A stretch of 64,000 bases of DNA, from contig JAEOSU010000072.1 of NCBI GenBank assembly GCA_016840165.1, positions 32,001-96,000 on the forward strand, in the 5' to 3' direction. Positions 48,062 to 58,525 of the stretch are shown in pieces. A program made the translations under genes and the position numbers. This DNA comes from Promethearchaeota archaeon (lineage in GTDB: Archaea > Asgardarchaeota > Lokiarchaeia > Sigyniarchaeales > SOKP01). How positions within the stretch are numbered: position 1 is the first letter of the stretch; each line of letters opens with the position of its first letter. The notes beneath the pieces are model-generated. The model worked only from the letters and a program-made list of their open reading frames with translations, did no database searches and had not been told where the DNA came from.

Positions 48062-49285
48062 ATGAGAAAAGTTGCGATTATTGGTGTGGGACACACTAAG
48101 TTTGGTGTCTTAAAAGAGAAAGATTTGCTTGATTTATTGTGCGATGCTTCACTAGAAGCTCTGGAAGATTCAAATACAACAGAAAAAGAATTTGATTCAG
48201 TATATGTTGGAGCTATGTGTCCAGGGGAATTTAATCATGTTTCAGGAATTTCAAGTGCTTTGGTGGACAGGATAAGTTTATTGCCTGCTGCTTCAGATCG
48301 GATTGAAAATGGACCCGCCAGCGGAGGTTCAGCTATAAAGGCAGGATTCCAAGCAATAGCTTCAGGAATGAGTGAGTTAGTATTAGTAGTGGGAGGAGAA
48401 AAGATGACTCATATTGATATTCCAGGATTTATAACTTCAATAGTCGCGACAATCACTCACTCAGAAGCTGAAAGAATCCATGGAGTTTCCTTGCCATCGT
48501 TCGGTGGATTACTGACTAGGGCTTATTTAGAAAAGTATAATGCGAAACTCGAATGGATTTCTGATATTGCCATTAAGAATCATAAAAATGGTACTTTAAA
48601 TCCAAACGCACACTTCCAGCGCAGTATCGAGGATTTTATGAAAAGTGCCATAAAAAAGGGAAAAGGAGACTGGCAGAGTGTCTATGAATTTCTTGAAGAC
48701 GATAAGGTAAATCCCATAATCGCAGATCCCTTACGATTATTTCATATTTGTCCTATTTCCGATGGAGCTGCCGCCTTGGTGCTCTGTAATGCTGAAACAG
48801 CAAAAAGATATTGCGATACTCCGGTCATTATTTCAGGCATTGGTCAAGCGACGGATACTCATATAATCTATGAACGAGAAGAGATGACTGAACTCAAAGC
48901 GCTGAAGATTGCCTCCTCTCAGGCATATAGAATGGCAAAAAAGAGTCCAGATGATATCGATGTATGTGAATTGCATGATGCTTTTGAAATTTTAGAGGCT
49001 GTACAAAGCGAAGATATGGGGTTTTTTGAAAAAGGTGAGGGGGCAAAAGCTGCCCATGAAGGTTTAACTGAAATAGGAGGTAAGATTCCGGTCAATCCTT
49101 CAGGAGGGTTGAAAGCACGAGGACATCCCTTAGGAGCCACTGGTATTGCTCAAGTGGTTGAATTATTTTGGCAATTACGAGGAGAAGCAGGAAAAAGACA
49201 AGTTGAAGGTGCTGAAACGGGGATAACATGCAATTTTGGTGGATTTGGGAATAATATATTATCAATATTGGTAGAAAGAATCTGA
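48062..49285 (+). CDS. Thiolase-superfamily protein (SCP2/archaeal type) lacking the N-terminal catalytic Cys
   Basis: VAIIGVG.TKFG, SDGAAA, ELHDAF, VNPSGGL..RGHP.GATG. ENGPASG replaces the usual ENACASG. Confidence 0.9.
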   Translation: MRKVAIIGVGHTKFGVLKEKDLLDLLCDASLEALEDSNTTEKEFDSVYVGAMCPGEFNHVSGISSALVDRISLLPAASDRIENGPASGGSAIKAGFQAIASGMSELVLVVGGEKMTHIDIPGFITSIVATITHSEAERIHGVSLPSFGGLLTRAYLEKYNAKLEWISDIAIKNHKNGTLNPNAHFQRSIEDFMKSAIKKGKGDWQSVYEFLEDDKVNPIIADPLRLFHICPISDGAAALVLCNAETAKRYCDTPVIISGIGQATDTHIIYEREEMTELKALKIASSQAYRMAKKSPDDIDVCELHDAFEILEAVQSEDMGFFEKGEGAKAAHEGLTEIGGKIPVNPSGGLKARGHPLGATGIAQVVELFWQLRGEAGKRQVEGAETGITCNFGGFGNNILSILVERI

Positions 49286-49356
49286 TTTTAGAGAAAGTAG
49301 GATATAATAGATCTTATACTATCTTTAAACCACTTTAAAGGTTAATTAAATTAGCA

Positions 49357-50022
49357 TTAATAAATCACTATAAATTGAAGTTCTGATCCATTTTTATCAT
49401 AACATTTAATATTGTTTAAAGTATATGGAAATCCTACAATAAAGTTAGCACTATTCCGTTTAAATACATGATTTAAATCTTGTAATGAAGGGTTTAAATT
49501 ACCAGACGGATGTGAGTGAATTGTTCCTTGATAATACTGATTTGTAGGGAGTCTAGTAGGAAAAAATACACTTGAACTCCTTGAAGTGATCGCACCTGGT
49601 GGTAAAATAAACTCTGTAAATATTTCGTTTACCATCTTCAGGATGCCTAAAAATTCTTTTGGATGATGCTCACGACATAAAGCTAAAAATCCATCTAATA
49701 ACTCCCTTTTTATTTTAACTTTTTTTGATTGTAGATTTTCTAAAATAGAAACAATTTCATTAATAACATCTAAAATAGACTTAGTCTTACTTCTTTTCCA
49801 GTTTTTTAAAGAAACGACATCATTATACAACTTTTTATATATTTTCCCAGTTTGATTAATAAGCTTAACTCTTGGTTTTTTGGGATATTTAGAATAATCA
49901 ATATCAACAATAATCCCCTTGTTTAGTTCAATTTTAACATGGGAAATATTATTTCCATAAGTTTCAGTATTAGGAAAATATTTTATAATATTTTGATATT
50001 GTTTCTCAATTTTTGTAAACAT
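49357..50022 (-). CDS. JAB/MPN+ (JAMM) metalloprotease with N-terminal UBC/UEV-like domain
   Basis: PKEFLGIL...HSHPSGNLNPSLQD is an intact JAMM motif. N-terminus YPKKP.V...LKNW....SILDVINEI. Confidence 0.8.
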   Translation of the reverse strand: MFTKIEKQYQNIIKYFPNTETYGNNISHVKIELNKGIIVDIDYSKYPKKPRVKLINQTGKIYKKLYNDVVSLKNWKRSKTKSILDVINEIVSILENLQSKKVKIKRELLDGFLALCREHHPKEFLGILKMVNEIFTEFILPPGAITSRSSSVFFPTRLPTNQYYQGTIHSHPSGNLNPSLQDLNHVFKRNSANFIVGFPYTLNNIKCYDKNGSELQFIVIY

Positions 50023-50216
50023 TATGGTAAAATCAAATCAACCTTAAAAGAGATTGTTTAAGAGAGCTTATGCTTTATTAAAAATTTATTGATTACATAT
50101 TTAAACTTAAAAGAACAATAATAGAAATAAACAAAATTAAGATCTCAATGACTTGTTTTTTCTATAAAATTTTATAGTAATGAAAGTCTAATAATTCACT
50201 AAGAAACATAAAAAAC

Positions 50217-50573
50217 ATGAATTTAATGTCAAACAATAAAAAAATAAAGGCAGTAAAATGTCATAATTGCGGATTAATTCAACATTATTCCCATTTAAGA
50301 TGCCTTAATTGTAAGAGTGAAAGCTTTGAAGATATAGAAGCTACTGGAGGGTGTAGGTTAATTACATTTACCATTTTGACTGCAGTTCCCACAGAATTTT
50401 TAGAGAAGAGGCCATATGGATTGGGGATCGTAGAATTTGAAAATGGGGTGAGAGCTATTGGACAAATCACTACTCAAAAGGATCTTAAAACTGGTATGAA
50501 ATTAAGACCTATATTTAAAGTAATTAAAATGGGTGGAAAGCAAATTCATACTTATCTATTTGAACCTTATTAA
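50217..50573 (+). CDS. DUF35 Zn-ribbon/OB-fold protein (thiolase partner)
   Basis: CHNCG...CLNC, PYGLGIVEFENG. Confidence 0.9.
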   Translation: MNLMSNNKKIKAVKCHNCGLIQHYSHLRCLNCKSESFEDIEATGGCRLITFTILTAVPTEFLEKRPYGLGIVEFENGVRAIGQITTQKDLKTGMKLRPIFKVIKMGGKQIHTYLFEPY

Positions 50574-50606
50574 ATTTAAATTCATTTTAAAAACCAATTA
50601 ATTTGT

Positions 50607-52295
50607 GTGAGTAAAAAAATGTATTCAAATGATGAATTGAAAAAGATTAAATCAGAAAAAGAAGAATGGGAGAAAGATGTGTTATCTGAATATATCAAGA
50701 GGGGCGAACGTAAGGATTCGTTTGAAACACCCTCAGGTATTCCATTAAACCATATATATAGTCCTATTGATATAGAAAGAACTCATTATCTGGAAGATCT
50801 TGGATTTCCAGGGAAGGCTCCTTTTACCCGTGGTGTATATCCCAATATGTATCGGGGAAGAATATGGACCATGAGACAATATGCTGGATTTGCTGATGCT
50901 AAAAAAACCAATGAAAGATTTAAATATTTAATATCTCAAGGTCAAAAGGGTCTTTCAATTGCTTTCGATCTGCCAACACAAATGGGTTACAACTCGGATA
51001 ATCAAATTTGTTTAGGAGAAGTAGGAAGAGTTGGAGTAACTATTAATTCTTTGAGCGATTTTGAACAGATATTTGAAGGAATTCCCTTAGATAAAGTCTC
51101 TACGAGTATGACTATTAATGCACCCGCTTCAGTTTTATTAGCTATGTACATCGCAGTTGGAGAAAAACAAGGGTTAAAGCCGGAGCAACTACAAGGAACT
51201 GTTCAAAATGATATTCTAAAGGAATATGTTGCAAGAGGGACTTATATATTTCCTCCAAAACCTTCCTTGAGATTAGTCGCTGATGTCATCGAATATTGTT
51301 CTCAATATCTCCCAAGATTCAATACAATTTCAATAAGTGGCTATCATATGCGAGAGGCGGGATGTAACGCTATTCAAGAAATTGCTTTTACATTAGCGGA
51401 TGGCATATCATATGTGGGCGAAGTTGTCAAACGGGGTATCGATATTGATGAATTTGCACCGAGATTATCGTTTTTTTTTACTACACATAATTACTTTTTT
51501 GAAGAAATTGCTAAGTTAAGAGCAGCTCGAAAACTATGGGCAAAAATTATGAAAGAAAGATTCCATGCGAAAGATGAAAACTCCTTAAGATTAAGATTCC
51601 ACACTCAAACAGCAGGAGTAACTTTGACAGCTCAACAACCTAACGTAAACATTATTCGTGTTACCCTTCAAGCGTTAGCAGCTGTTCTTGGAGGCACACA
51701 ATCTCTTCATACATGTGGTGCTGATGAGGCTTTAGCGATACCAACAGAAGATTCGGTGCGAATTTCATTGAGAACTCAACAAGTATTAGCTCATGAGAGC
51801 GGAATAACTGATGTAGTAGATCCATTAGGTGGGTCATATTATGTTGAATACCTTACCTTACAATTAGAGCAAAAAGCAATGGAATATATTGAGAAGATTG
51901 ATAAGATGGGCGGTATGCCTGAGGCTATCGAAAAAGCTTTTATTCAACACGAGATTCTTAATAATGCTTACCATGATCAAAAGGAAATTGATGATGGAAA
52001 GCGAAATGTGGTTGGGGTAAATCTTTTTGTTACAGAAAAGGAGTCCAAAATTGAAACTTTTAAACATGATAAAGATGAGGAGAAGCAAATAATTCAAAAA
52101 TTATCCGAATTTAAAAAGAACCGTAATGCAGAATTAGTGAAAGAGAAGCTAGAAAAACTAAAAAATGTTGCTAGGTCTTCTGATAACATTATACCTGTCA
52201 TGATTGAGACCGTAAAATCTTATGCTACAATTGAAGAAATTTGTAATGTTCTTAGAGAAGAATTTGGCGAATATAAAGCACCAGAAATTCTTTAA
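50607..52295 (+). CDS. Methylmalonyl-CoA mutase, large (substrate-binding) subunit
   Basis: PFTRGVY, WTMRQYAGF, QNDILKEYVAR, GGTQSLHT, DPLGGSY. No B12-binding domain. Confidence 0.95.
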   Translation: MSKKMYSNDELKKIKSEKEEWEKDVLSEYIKRGERKDSFETPSGIPLNHIYSPIDIERTHYLEDLGFPGKAPFTRGVYPNMYRGRIWTMRQYAGFADAKKTNERFKYLISQGQKGLSIAFDLPTQMGYNSDNQICLGEVGRVGVTINSLSDFEQIFEGIPLDKVSTSMTINAPASVLLAMYIAVGEKQGLKPEQLQGTVQNDILKEYVARGTYIFPPKPSLRLVADVIEYCSQYLPRFNTISISGYHMREAGCNAIQEIAFTLADGISYVGEVVKRGIDIDEFAPRLSFFFTTHNYFFEEIAKLRAARKLWAKIMKERFHAKDENSLRLRFHTQTAGVTLTAQQPNVNIIRVTLQALAAVLGGTQSLHTCGADEALAIPTEDSVRISLRTQQVLAHESGITDVVDPLGGSYYVEYLTLQLEQKAMEYIEKIDKMGGMPEAIEKAFIQHEILNNAYHDQKEIDDGKRNVVGVNLFVTEKESKIETFKHDKDEEKQIIQKLSEFKKNRNAELVKEKLEKLKNVARSSDNIIPVMIETVKSYATIEEICNVLREEFGEYKAPEIL

Positions 52296-52331
52296 TAATT
52301 TTATTTTTCAGAGAAAATTAATAGAATATTC

Positions 52332-52823
52332 ATGATTAAAATGTCGAAATATCATATGCAAAAATATGAACGGCAAATTAAAGATATAGGGGTTATTAGT
52401 AATATTCTTAATAATGGAAAATATGCAAGCATAGCTATGTGCCGTAATAATGAACCGTATATAGTAACTCTAAGTTATGGCTATGATACTTTAAAGAATG
52501 CGCTATACTTTCATAGCGCAAAAGAAGGGTTAAAGTTTGAATTTATTCGGACTAATTCACTTGTGTGTGGTACTGTTATAGAAGATAACGGCTATAAAAC
52601 TAATCAATGTTCTCATGGATATCGATCGGTAGTGTTTTGGGGGGAGATGAATCTAATTCATGATCTTAGAGAAAAAAAGCACGGTTTTGAAATAATGATT
52701 AATCAGTTAGAAGAGAATCCAAATAAGATTAAAAAACGATTCTTAGAAAATCAAAGTAGCTATGAACATACATCCATACTTCGCTTAGATATAAAAGATA
52801 TTATGGGGAAAACTAATGAGTAA
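52332..52823 (+). CDS. Pyridoxamine 5'-phosphate oxidase-like / NimA flavin-binding protein
   Basis: PYIVTLSYG, LYFHSAKEG.K, YRSVV..G. Confidence 0.87.
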   Translation: MIKMSKYHMQKYERQIKDIGVISNILNNGKYASIAMCRNNEPYIVTLSYGYDTLKNALYFHSAKEGLKFEFIRTNSLVCGTVIEDNGYKTNQCSHGYRSVVFWGEMNLIHDLREKKHGFEIMINQLEENPNKIKKRFLENQSSYEHTSILRLDIKDIMGKTNE

Positions 52824-52888
52824 TTTAATAGATTTAAGAGGTATTGTAAAACGCAAATTTTTTTTTGAATACTATATTTGTGACTAAC

Positions 52889-53065
52889 ATGGAACCTGCT
52901 GAAGAAAAAAAAATTGTTGATGATATCATAAAAAATAGACGTTTATCTTACTCTATAGAGATTCTAGAGGTTGAGGGAGATAAATATACGGTAAGAAATA
53001 ATTTTGGCTCTACGATTGTGTACTATAAGAAAGGTAAAAATTATCTTCTTGAAGATGAATTATAA
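52889..53065 (+). CDS. Small hypothetical protein
   Basis: Coding-like 58-aa ORF from ATG 52889; no family recognised. Confidence 0.6.
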   Translation: MEPAEEKKIVDDIIKNRRLSYSIEILEVEGDKYTVRNNFGSTIVYYKKGKNYLLEDEL

Positions 53066-53262
53066 TATATTTTACTAATTTTTTTCGCGCTCCATCTATT
53101 TATAAATTAATAAGCCACTTTTTTAATAAAGAATAAAAATCATTATTGGGTACTTTTAAAGATATTAAGACTAATAAATTAATAACGATAAAAATATAAG
53201 AATATAATTTTATTACTTAATCATAAGAGCATAGTTTTTTTTGCTGTTCGAGGCCATATCAT

Positions 53263-54426
53263 ATGAGAAAAAGGAAATTATCATCAGTAGCATCCGAAAA
53301 TGCTCAAAAAGAAAAATTTAGAGCGATAATTGATAATGCAACTTCATTATCTATGTATAACGAGAAAAAAAGAGCAGTATGTATAATCAAAAAGAATTTG
53401 GCTAAAGATTATGAAATAGAAGTGGATGCATCTGAAGCTCCCGTTCTTAACAAACTGATGAATGAACCTGAACCTTATGAAACTTCAATGGCAGAGATAA
53501 AAATACTTGAACAAGAAATATTTCCACTTATCGATTCTTTCAAAACAGTATTCGGGGAAGAAAAAGATTTAAAATTACACTCCATCAAATTAGCTGTTGG
53601 TGGAAGCATTAATGATTATGTAACAATCCAAGAAAGAGATTTAGAAAAATATGATGTGAATCCTACTTTAACAGGTTTAAGAGATTTTGTTAAAGAAAAT
53701 AATGAGAGTATTCTAGGATTTTTGGATAGTGAATATATCAGTGAAGAGGGAAATGTAATTTATTTAAGTTGTGGAAAGAAAAATGTCACCGATAACATCT
53801 ATTCCTTTAAAATAAAAATCCTTGCTTCAATGCAACAACGTTCATACTTTTTACAGCAAGAGCATAAATATTATGGACTTCAACTTTTCATAATGATTGA
53901 GTCAAGAAAAGCTAATGACGATAAACTCCTTGAATTTTTAAAGGAGCTAGGTATAGATTGGGAACTAATATTTTTTCGAAGACGTTTGGCTATTCATGAT
54001 TGGACCGAAATAGAATGTGAAAAAGATTCTGAAAACCTTAAAAGCTTTATTCGAGCAAAATATAATAATTTAAACTATTTTGATATCAATAATATTATTC
54101 GGTTAATGGCCAAAAACGAATTGCCATTTAAAGTAGTCGATAAAATGGGATCCTTATTATTTAAGATGAAATCGGAAAGAGCTCAACAAATCCAAGAGAA
54201 AAAACTTGATACTAATCGGTATCAAGAGGATGTTTATATGAATAATTCAATCGATAATAACTCTCGTGTCATTGATGAATATTCGCTCACTCTTAAGAAG
54301 GCGGAGATCGCAGCTGCCGCTAATATCGCTTGTGCATATTTAGGGATTCATAAGGAAATTACTTTCGACAGGGATATTTCAGTTGATGACGTAATCAAAT
54401 ATCAAGAAGAACTAACGAATTTATGA
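53263..54426 (+). CDS. Hypothetical soluble protein
   Basis: 387-aa ORF; no motif recognised. Confidence 0.7.
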   Translation: MRKRKLSSVASENAQKEKFRAIIDNATSLSMYNEKKRAVCIIKKNLAKDYEIEVDASEAPVLNKLMNEPEPYETSMAEIKILEQEIFPLIDSFKTVFGEEKDLKLHSIKLAVGGSINDYVTIQERDLEKYDVNPTLTGLRDFVKENNESILGFLDSEYISEEGNVIYLSCGKKNVTDNIYSFKIKILASMQQRSYFLQQEHKYYGLQLFIMIESRKANDDKLLEFLKELGIDWELIFFRRRLAIHDWTEIECEKDSENLKSFIRAKYNNLNYFDINNIIRLMAKNELPFKVVDKMGSLLFKMKSERAQQIQEKKLDTNRYQEDVYMNNSIDNNSRVIDEYSLTLKKAEIAAAANIACAYLGIHKEITFDRDISVDDVIKYQEELTNL

Positions 54427-54453
54427 AAGAAAAAAAAGAGTTACTTATCCTTT

Positions 54454-55458
54454 TTAATTGATTTTATAGGATTGTTTTAATAAGTTATGATTAAGTTCTC
54501 CAACCGTTATCGATTTTCCAGTTTTAATATTTGTAACTGTGTATTGAGCAGGAGCAAATAAACCAGGATCTATCGCATAAAAATCATAATTTGCTTTTTT
54601 AAATGTTTCTAAAAAGGGCTCCCCATAACTTGGGGAAGTGTTTGCTGGAGCTTTTTTAAGAAGATCAAACAATTCAGGTTCATTTTCTTTCTCTACTTCA
54701 ATGGTATAATATGTCATTCCAGCAGCACTAATCGAATCGTTTGTTCTGCCCATTGCTCCAAGATCATCTTTTGCAATTGGAGCGATTGTTGTAGTTCCGA
54801 ATCCATCCTTCAATACATCTAATGGAAAATGTATCTCATGAAGCTTATGAATTCCCGTCTCAACAATTCTTGCGGCTACTTGAATTGATCCTGTCAAACA
54901 GGCGGTCGGAGCATAGACTGCATAAGTACTTTTAGTATCTACTCCACATTTACTGGCAATTATTTCCATTACTTCCTCATTAGGCATTTTAGATGTTTCA
55001 AAGACTATAACCGCACAATCAGAATCATCTGTATAGTCAATTTCCTCGAATAATTTTTCTGCTTTAGCTTTTGATCTGGCAGGTCCTGATCCCAATGATT
55101 GAAAAACTACTTTTTTTTTCATCTCTCCATCTTTTTCAACTTCTTTTTTTAGTTTCACATTCCAACCAGCTAATTGGGAAGCCATACAAGCAATAATAGG
55201 TTCCGAGGTATAAACATTTACACTTGGTATGTAATGGCCATCTAAATCATACCATGAAAAATCAACAGTGCCTAGTCCACCCATACATATCTCACCGACT
55301 AATTTTCCACCTTCCCATGAAGCATTGCTCATATTCAATACGGTAGAACCATTGCCCAGTTTATGAATTTCTGCCTTATACAATTCCTTGCTATTGATAA
55401 TCTTCTCAATTAATTTCAGGGTAAGATTATTAATTTTTACATGATGCATTTTATACAC
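54454..55458 (-). CDS. mch: Methenyltetrahydromethanopterin cyclohydrolase
   Basis: EICMGGLG, CMASQLAGW, GSGPAR, QVAARIVETGIHK, AMGRTND, IDPGLFAPA. Confidence 0.96.
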   Translation of the reverse strand: MYKMHHVKINNLTLKLIEKIINSKELYKAEIHKLGNGSTVLNMSNASWEGGKLVGEICMGGLGTVDFSWYDLDGHYIPSVNVYTSEPIIACMASQLAGWNVKLKKEVEKDGEMKKKVVFQSLGSGPARSKAKAEKLFEEIDYTDDSDCAVIVFETSKMPNEEVMEIIASKCGVDTKSTYAVYAPTACLTGSIQVAARIVETGIHKLHEIHFPLDVLKDGFGTTTIAPIAKDDLGAMGRTNDSISAAGMTYYTIEVEKENEPELFDLLKKAPANTSPSYGEPFLETFKKANYDFYAIDPGLFAPAQYTVTNIKTGKSITVGELNHNLLKQSYKIN

Positions 55459-55543
55459 GTCATTCTTAAAATTTAATTGGGTATTTATTTTTAAATTATT
55501 AATTTAATATATTAACCTTAGTTCATATTAAAGTTTTACAGCA

Positions 55544-57064
55544 ATGAATGATATCAAAGAAAAAGCTGTTCTTTTAATGGCTGATATGGAAAAAACAAAA
55601 GATTTTTTTCTTCAAAATTATAAAAAAACTGAGTCCCCCGTATCTATTTATACCCATCTGGATGCAGATGGCTTAAGTTCTGGTGCAATTTTGGGAAAGG
55701 CACTTTATAATGAACATATTCCTTTTCAGATTACAGTGCTGAAGCAACTTGAATTAAATGAAATTAAAAAGATTGCGAGAAAAGTAAAGGAGTACCATAA
55801 TTTAATTATTTTTTCAGATTTTGGCAGTGGACAGTATCTCGAATTATCAAAGAATTTGAAGGTAAATGGTTTATCAATTCCCTATATTATCCTTGATCAT
55901 CATTTACCTCAACAAATAAGGGATAAATCTGATGAGGAGATAAAAGATATTTACGAGGAAACTCGACCATGGCATATTAATCCTTATTTCTATGGTATTA
56001 ATGGTAGCATTGAAGTTTCAGGAGCAGGAATGTGCTATTATTTTGCCAAAGCATTAAATGTACAAAATAAAAAGTTGGCTTCTATAGCCCTTGTCGGAGC
56101 TATTGGTGATATTCAAAATAAGGGAGAGAATGCCTCATTTAACGGATTAAATTCGCTTATTTTGAAGCAAGCTCTAGAACTTGAACAAGTAGAAATCATA
56201 AATGACTTGAATTTTTCATCAATAAAACCACTTAATGAGGCAATTGCCTATTCCTCCAGTATTAAATTAGCTGGTCTATCAGGGAATCCAAATAAAATGC
56301 TAAAATTTCTGCTAAAATTAGGGGTTATTATGGAAAAATCTGATGGTCAAATAAAAACTTTAAATGATCTATCTAAAGGAGAAAAGAAAAAATTAACCTC
56401 TGCTTTAATAGAATATGCTACCATTAAATTGGATATTGAACCAAGCGAGATTTATAAAAATCTGATTATCAATCGTTATATTTTGAAAAATGAAATAGTA
56501 GGGTCTGAACTGCATGATCTAAATGAATTTTCAAATTTATTGAATTCTTGTGGGCGAACAAATAATGGGTCGCTTGGAATTGCTATTGCCATGGGAGATA
56601 GACGTATAGCGTATCAAAAAGCGAAAGACAATTTAATTAAATATAAAAAATCTATAATGATCGCGCTACAATGGTTAAATGAGAATAAAATTATACAACA
56701 AAAAGAGTATATCCAATTTTTTGATGGAAAGGATATGATTAAGGAAATTATTGTTGGTACAATTGCTTCTATGCTAATATTGGACGAATCAAGCATCATT
56801 GATATAAATAAACCAATATTTGGATATGCTAAACGTGAAGAAGAGGCGGTCTATAAAGTATCTGGAAGAGCTCACCAAATTATAGTTGACAAGGGGATTA
56901 ATCTTTCGGAAGTGATTAGGAAGGCTTTGGAGATGTCGAGTCTGGAAGTTTTAGGGGGAGGGCATCCTCCTGCTGCAGGAACAAAGGTTCCTATTGACAA
57001 GATAAATATTTTTTTAGAGAACTGTAATCAAATAGTAAAGAATCAATTAGAAAAAGAGAAATAA
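55544..57064 (+). CDS. RecJ/GAN (Cdc45-related) DHH phosphoesterase
   Basis: HLDADG, DFGSG, LDHH, GAIGD, GGGHPPAAG (DHHA1). Confidence 0.92.
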   Translation: MNDIKEKAVLLMADMEKTKDFFLQNYKKTESPVSIYTHLDADGLSSGAILGKALYNEHIPFQITVLKQLELNEIKKIARKVKEYHNLIIFSDFGSGQYLELSKNLKVNGLSIPYIILDHHLPQQIRDKSDEEIKDIYEETRPWHINPYFYGINGSIEVSGAGMCYYFAKALNVQNKKLASIALVGAIGDIQNKGENASFNGLNSLILKQALELEQVEIINDLNFSSIKPLNEAIAYSSSIKLAGLSGNPNKMLKFLLKLGVIMEKSDGQIKTLNDLSKGEKKKLTSALIEYATIKLDIEPSEIYKNLIINRYILKNEIVGSELHDLNEFSNLLNSCGRTNNGSLGIAIAMGDRRIAYQKAKDNLIKYKKSIMIALQWLNENKIIQQKEYIQFFDGKDMIKEIIVGTIASMLILDESSIIDINKPIFGYAKREEEAVYKVSGRAHQIIVDKGINLSEVIRKALEMSSLEVLGGGHPPAAGTKVPIDKINIFLENCNQIVKNQLEKEK

Positions 57065-57070
57065 CAATTT

Positions 57071-58375
57071 TTATAACTTATAAGTTTCTCCAGCCTCTGG
57101 AGCCACAGAATTAAATTTACGTTGTGCTAATCTTTTTGCAAAGGTTGTTGTGGCTTTTTCATCTCCGTGAATACAAAAAGCAACACGATGATCATCCTTG
57201 AATTTCAGATCTTCAACATATGCAAGCAATTGTGACGAATCAGCATGACTCGAAAAATCAAAATAATTGACATCACATTTTGCCTTTATATGCATATTCT
57301 GAGCAGCATTTAGAGGCTTTCTATTATCTTGATATTTAAATACACCCGTTTCCATGAGTATATTTCCAGGTGTATCTTCTGCTTGGTATCCTACCATATA
57401 TATCGCAGAATGAGCATCGTTTAACACATCCTTAATATAATGCAGAGCAGCACCACCTTTAAGCATTCCTGAAGGAGTGATCATTACGTAATTAGATTTA
57501 TTCCTAACTTTTTTCCTATTTTTAAATGTTACAAATTTCGAATCACTAAATGCTCTCTTATAAAACGGATAATCCTTAAATTTATTTGGATGATCAAAAT
57601 ATGTTGCAGAAATCTTCTTAGTTAATCCATCTAAGTAAACTTTTCCGTGAAAATTATATTTTTTCAACATTAAAAGAATTTCTTGCGAACGAGCAACTCC
57701 AAATGCGGGTATAAGAACTTTTCCACTATTTTCAGTTATATTTACCACACTTTCTATAAAACTCTTTTCGAGTTCTTCTCTATTGGGGTGATCCTTCAAT
57801 GCATAGGTAGATTCAATTATTAAACAATCTAACTTGGGAATTTCCTTAGCATCCGCTCCATTAATTAGATTAGTTGTTTGATTATTTATATCTCCCGTAT
57901 ACAAAATTGTTTTATTATCAACTTCTACTAATATTGATACACTCCCGGGAATATGTCCCGCATTATAAAAAGTAATAAAAAAGTTATCATCTATTTTATA
58001 TCGAATATTGTTTTCTAAAAATATAGTATTTCTTCTCATTATATCAAGTTCTTTGTGTCCAAAAGGATAAGAATGATGTGAGACTTTAATTAAATCACGT
58101 AACAATATTTCCGAAACTTGGTATGTTAGAGCATTAGTTAAGAGCGGAACTTCACATTTCGTATAAAGATAAGGTAAAGCTCCAGAATGATCAATATGAC
58201 AATGACTTAATGCAATAGCTTGTAGATCACCTAAATCCGTATCGATAGGTAATCGATCTTCTTCTGTAAATCTCACTCCATAATCTAATAAGCAAGTTTT
58301 ACCTTTATTTGATTTTATTAATACGGCAGAACGACCTACTTCCCTCGCTCCGCCTAAAAATTTTATTACTACCAT
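57071..58375 (-). CDS. Metallo-beta-lactamase beta-CASP ribonuclease (aCPSF2-like)
   Basis: GGAREVGRS, SHCHIDHSG, AGHIPGS, YTGD, ESTY, FSSHAD, HG. No KH domains. Confidence 0.92.
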   Translation of the reverse strand: MVVIKFLGGAREVGRSAVLIKSNKGKTCLLDYGVRFTEEDRLPIDTDLGDLQAIALSHCHIDHSGALPYLYTKCEVPLLTNALTYQVSEILLRDLIKVSHHSYPFGHKELDIMRRNTIFLENNIRYKIDDNFFITFYNAGHIPGSVSILVEVDNKTILYTGDINNQTTNLINGADAKEIPKLDCLIIESTYALKDHPNREELEKSFIESVVNITENSGKVLIPAFGVARSQEILLMLKKYNFHGKVYLDGLTKKISATYFDHPNKFKDYPFYKRAFSDSKFVTFKNRKKVRNKSNYVMITPSGMLKGGAALHYIKDVLNDAHSAIYMVGYQAEDTPGNILMETGVFKYQDNRKPLNAAQNMHIKAKCDVNYFDFSSHADSSQLLAYVEDLKFKDDHRVAFCIHGDEKATTTFAKRLAQRKFNSVAPEAGETYKL

Positions 58376-58525
58376 AAAAAATTACTGATTTTTGCTTTCT
58401 TTATAGATATATGAGTCATTGAAAGCATAATAAATTTACTAAAATGAGTTAAAATTAGCGAATTTGAGTTGATTGGAAAAAAATAAAGATAATTATTTCT
58501 AAAAAGTATTTGAATAATTTAGTTT

